Part shown: positions 60,201 to 64,000 of the stretch, piece after piece
How the letters are laid out: every line of letters begins with the position of its first letter
Numbering within the stretch: the stretch's first letter is position 1
NCBI RefSeq assembly: GCF_000150275.1
Contig: NW_002060965.1
Span: 248,001-312,000, forward strand
Direction: 5' to 3'
DNA length: 64,000 nt
DNA from: Trichoplax adhaerens
Taxonomy: Eukaryota > Animalia > Placozoa
The notes under the pieces: generated by a model
What the model saw: only the letters and a program-made list of their open reading frames with translations
The model's database searches: none
What the model was told of the DNA's origin: nothing
Translations under genes and position numbers: made by a program

Positions 60201-62706
60201 ACCCGTCTTATATTTGAAAAATTGTTCTAAAAAATTTGAATTGATTGTCTTTGCTTATATACGTGCATACTTCTTAATTTCTTCTTCTTCTTTTTTGCCT
60301 ATCAGCGCTCCTTCTCGTAAGATAGTAGCGGCGTTTAGTTTTACAGGAATCGCATTCTCCTAATTTTAACGTAATATAAACCCGCGTATAAACGATTCCT
60401 TACGGATTAACAATATTATTTGTCTGAAATTAACTTAGAACGAATAAGAGCCCGTACTCCACTCAGATATACTAACCGTAATTTCGGCAGTTCGCCTATT
60501 ATATTTCCTGTTGAAATTCAACCTACAAGAATTTGAATTTTTATCAAAAATTAAGAGCTATGGATCCTTTATGTTATAGCAACGGCGAAAAGTTATTTAA
60601 TAGATGGTATCACATGGAAAATATGTTATTTCTAGACATACACTCGTACATCCTAGCTATAAAGCTATATAAAAAACTAGTACTAACATCAAAAATAGCT
60701 TACTGTGATTCTTCCTGCAGTTGCAATTCTTGCATTTTTTTCTGTAAATATAAGAAACAATAGTAAGAGTTAAGTTACAATTATTGTATATCATAACCAA
60801 GTAGTAAAGAAGCAAAATTAGAAATTTATACACAGTATTACCTTGAATTTAGTTGATTTAGTTGTATCACTACACTTTGGCTTTGTCTTATTAATTTTCT
60901 TAAGACTTTCCTAATTCAGAAGATATTTGTGAATTAAAATTTATCGAACTGTAAATTAGATCGATAAGAAAAGCGTTAAATTGCTAACTTTAAATCGATC
61001 ATTACCTCTGATTTCTTCTTATTTTCAGTTTTAATCTGACTCAGTTGGTTCTGGACCGAAGGCGGTTTATATGTACTGGCAGGCACTGATTTATGCTTCG
61101 GCATAACTGGAATCTGAAAGTAAGAATTCAACTATAATGAGCGCATATTTTATCAAACGTAAATAAGAAAAAGTAGTCCCATATTTTTCTTTGTTATCAT
61201 AGCATTAATATAGGGTGTAAATGTAAATAAGGCAGATAAATTACCTTCTCAGGAGACATTATCACTTTTGGCCTTGGTTTGGTAATCTGAAATGGCTTTG
61301 ATTCTGTAATTTAAAGTTTTATCAGATAACGCTATCTACCACATTTTAGTAGTATAAAAGCGTTCATAACCAAACCTGTAGGAGGCTTCTTAGCTTGCTT
61401 AGGGATTTCCACCTTTTCAATTCTACTTTTCAACTTCTTTATAATTTCTCGAACTTTTGGAAGGCGCCTAATGAAATAACAGTTGAGATCAATTTAGTTT
61501 TTATCCATTGTAGATGAATTTAAATTTCATGCATTAGAAATCGTAAGCAAATTCATACAATTAATTTATATCCCAAGTCTTACTTTAGCATTGGAGCAAC
61601 CAGTTCTTCCTGAACATAGTCTGGATCGTAAGTTTTACTCCACTATAGGAAAAATACATTCATTCAATTTTAGCTAGCTGATATAGCACTACAGGTTATC
61701 AGCGGCATTAGAGGAAGAATACAAGTAATCGTCCGACTACTATTTAGGCTAGATTACTATTTAAAATTTTGGCTAGCATAATATTTGCTTATAGTGGTAG
61801 TTATTTAGAAATTGAACTCATACGGAATAAATACCTCATCACATAGCCAAGTATTGATATAAGTTTCGTTGAATAAATAAGTTAGAAACTGAAGCAAATA
61901 AAAAGAAATCAAGATTAGCCTGTTTAACGAAGAGTGTTGAAAGGAAAATCATTAAATGGAATTACTTTCATCATCTTGTATGGATCTTGTGACATGACCA
62001 ACTTTGAATAAGTGCTTATACCGATTTCATTCATTCTGAAGCACGCAATATAACATAACGCTAGATAGCAATTATTAGAAAATGATACGAAAAGTTTAGT
62101 AGAGTCTAATCTCATAAAGAATAGTATAAAATGAAACACATGATTGCACGTTCTGCTACTACCTTTGAACAAGTTTTGATAAGCTCTTAGACATGTTTTG
62201 CCCTCTTTTAAGTAAAAGCGATCAATCGTTACCTATACAAAACATAAATGATATTTAATCGGCATTACTTGGTCCTATGATAAGCTTTAAACTTATTCAT
62301 AGCAGAATGATCAAGTGAAATTGGAGTTTTCGATACTTAAATCTCTCAATTTTAATGATTAAACCTACATCTAATATTCTTCTATGCCTGACACAACCAG
62401 AAAATACTTCTATAACGAAAATCTTGTCCACTTCGGCTAGTTCCTGTAGCAAATTGATAGAGTCAGAGCAGAAATAACACTTTATAGATGTATTGTATCA
62501 TATTCTTGATGAAAGTCCGACATCAAACTATTTAACACCAAGGAGACAGATCGCCATTATCCCCATTTAACGAATTTTTACTATCATCAGCAACTTACCG
62601 TATGTTCATCAAAATAATTAGTAGCATGCTCATCAACTCCTTCCAATCCAGGATTAAATGTGTCCAAAATATCGACTGTGTATTCCAAAAGAATCTTATG
62701 ATTCAT
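57295..62706 (-). CDS. CFAP99: Cilia- and flagella-associated protein 99, 26 coding exons, 666 aa
   Basis: Hand-spliced with GT-AG at every junction and consistent phases (2001 nt). Exons: 62706-62599, 62443-62369, 62232-62163, 62060-61966, 61888-61835, 61642-61584, 61467-61376, 61303-61245, 61113-61006, 60910-60842, 60741-60704, 60522-60477, 60359-60271, 60154-60085, 59856-59812, 59739-59650, 59564-59506, 59361-59279, 59163-59111, 58991-58911, 58459-58400, 58316-58233, 58110-58031, 57805-57714, 57602-57511, 57444-57295. Motifs recognised from memory of CFAP99: FVIEVFSGC, TWLCDEWS..YD, PFQITKPRP, IPVKLNAATILREGAL, SEFLEWQ, GRISHEEAILARQ, MSIAELRERL...EEKKRDEI. Confidence 0.9.
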
Positions 62707-63138
62707 AATTACTTGAAATCAAAGTATACCGGTTGGTTTTCAATGTCGTTGGTAAATTCTTTTAGAGGAATGAACGCTTATTTTATGAATGCTTTAAATC
62801 ATAAGAATAAATAAAATCAGCAATAAATTCTACTATGATTTTCAAAGCCGATTTTATTCAAAAAGGTAGAAAATATGTTGATGCGTAAATCAAGTTATGG
62901 ATGGCAGACTTTCAAACAAGCTAACAGCTACTATATTTGTTTGAGGCAGTTATATAATTTGTTTAGGCGCTTTAACACCAGCCAATCGGTTGTAGCATCA
63001 ATTAAATGTATAGTAAACTCTTATAATATACGAAAGTATGTTTTGAAGGCAGGCTATTCACTTTTATATTCATTGGTCTACATATCACGTCACAATCATT
63101 CGGCTAAGACTTGAGTAATGGTCTAATGACGAAACGTT

Positions 63139-63152
63139 ATTACCATAGCAAC
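63139..63152. promoter_or_regulatory. RFX X-box upstream of CFAP99
   Basis: ATTACCATAGCAAC closely matches the X-box consensus GTTNCCATGGNAAC and lies ~430 bp upstream of the start codon of a ciliary gene. RFX factors are the established regulators of ciliary genes. Confidence 0.65.
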
Positions 63153-63405
63153 CATAATAACAAAATTGGCTATCAATTCTTCATCTATATTTTGTATGGC
63201 TTCTACTAAAAATAATAACCTAATTTACATAGCAGGCTGTAGCCTTCATAGCCAACTAGACTTGCACTCAATTTACTAAAACATCATACGAAATAGTCTA
63301 TGAATCAAATTTATAGCTGGCTGATTATGGAAGCCCCACGAGCAAAGCGAGGCAGCAAACGTGAAACTAATATGCTATTAATTCCTCGCTTTATTTATTA
63401 TGAAC

Positions 63406-63993
63406 TGTCACAACCCTCACTTGTGGCAAAGGAAAGTAAAGAACTCTAGTGTAGTTACTTAAAACTTGGGCTATTTCTCCCAGTACTTTCAGTTTCAATG
63501 AGAGAAGTATTTGAGAACTCGATTTCTCGGCTGATCTCCACAGACAACTGACTAATTATTACACTATTCTTCACGATATGAGTCTTGCCGTTTCTTGAGC
63601 AATTACTTTCTTTATTCTACAAACACACGCGCTTAAATAGGTTTCTACAGTGAATTCCAATATTAACGAGTGAGAATTCATGCTTTACAAGTTACATTAA
63701 TTAGTATAATACCATTACTAAATATACATGTCGATATTCTCAGACTTAGATAGCTACAAGCTATCAGGTGTTAAGACGCTTAACCTTCGTCCATATACAG
63801 CTCAATTTTTAGAGATTAACACACCTTATAAACCTACAGTAAATTAACTGCTAACAACTTCTATTTTTCTCTCATTTCTACCATCCTATTATCAGCTACA
63901 AGCGCATTAAAACATAGCACATAACCTTATCTTATCTATTCATAAGCATTCATTAATTTACAGTTACTTAATTAGTAACGGCGTACCGTGACA
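63406..63993 (-). mobile_element. Solo LTR family I (588 bp)
   Basis: Termini TGTCACAA...CGTACCGTGACA. Perfect TSD TGAAC at 63401-63405 and 63994-63998. Minus-strand AATAAA at 63611-63616. Shares its first 12 nt (TGTCACGGTACG) with family B. Confidence 0.82.
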
Positions 63994-64000
63994 TGAACAT

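Overview
AT-rich eukaryotic (animal) genomic DNA. The gene style suggests a placozoan such as Trichoplax, but that is inference. (1) Positions 1-42.3 kb hold a tandem cluster of eight intronless 42-residue-repeat TPR genes (kinesin-light-chain/nephrocystin-3-like repeats): four intact, one partial at the window edge and three pseudogenes. Two intact members start with an MGxxxS N-myristoylation motif. (2) An intronless-looking class A GPCR with non-canonical activation motifs lies at about 52.8-53.8 kb. (3) A CFAP99 ciliary gene on the minus strand (57295-62706) was reconstructed by hand as 26 exons and 666 aa, with an RFX X-box upstream. (4) About twelve solo LTRs from roughly nine families (about 6 kb, ~10% of the window) are invisible to the ORF track. 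They have TGT...ACA termini, mostly with 5-bp target-site duplications (TSDs), several are nested in each other, and most end in a terminal hairpin. Also present are degenerate tandem repeats and a hairpin-rich ~165-bp insertion in one pseudogene. No rRNA, tRNA or CRISPR array was recognised.
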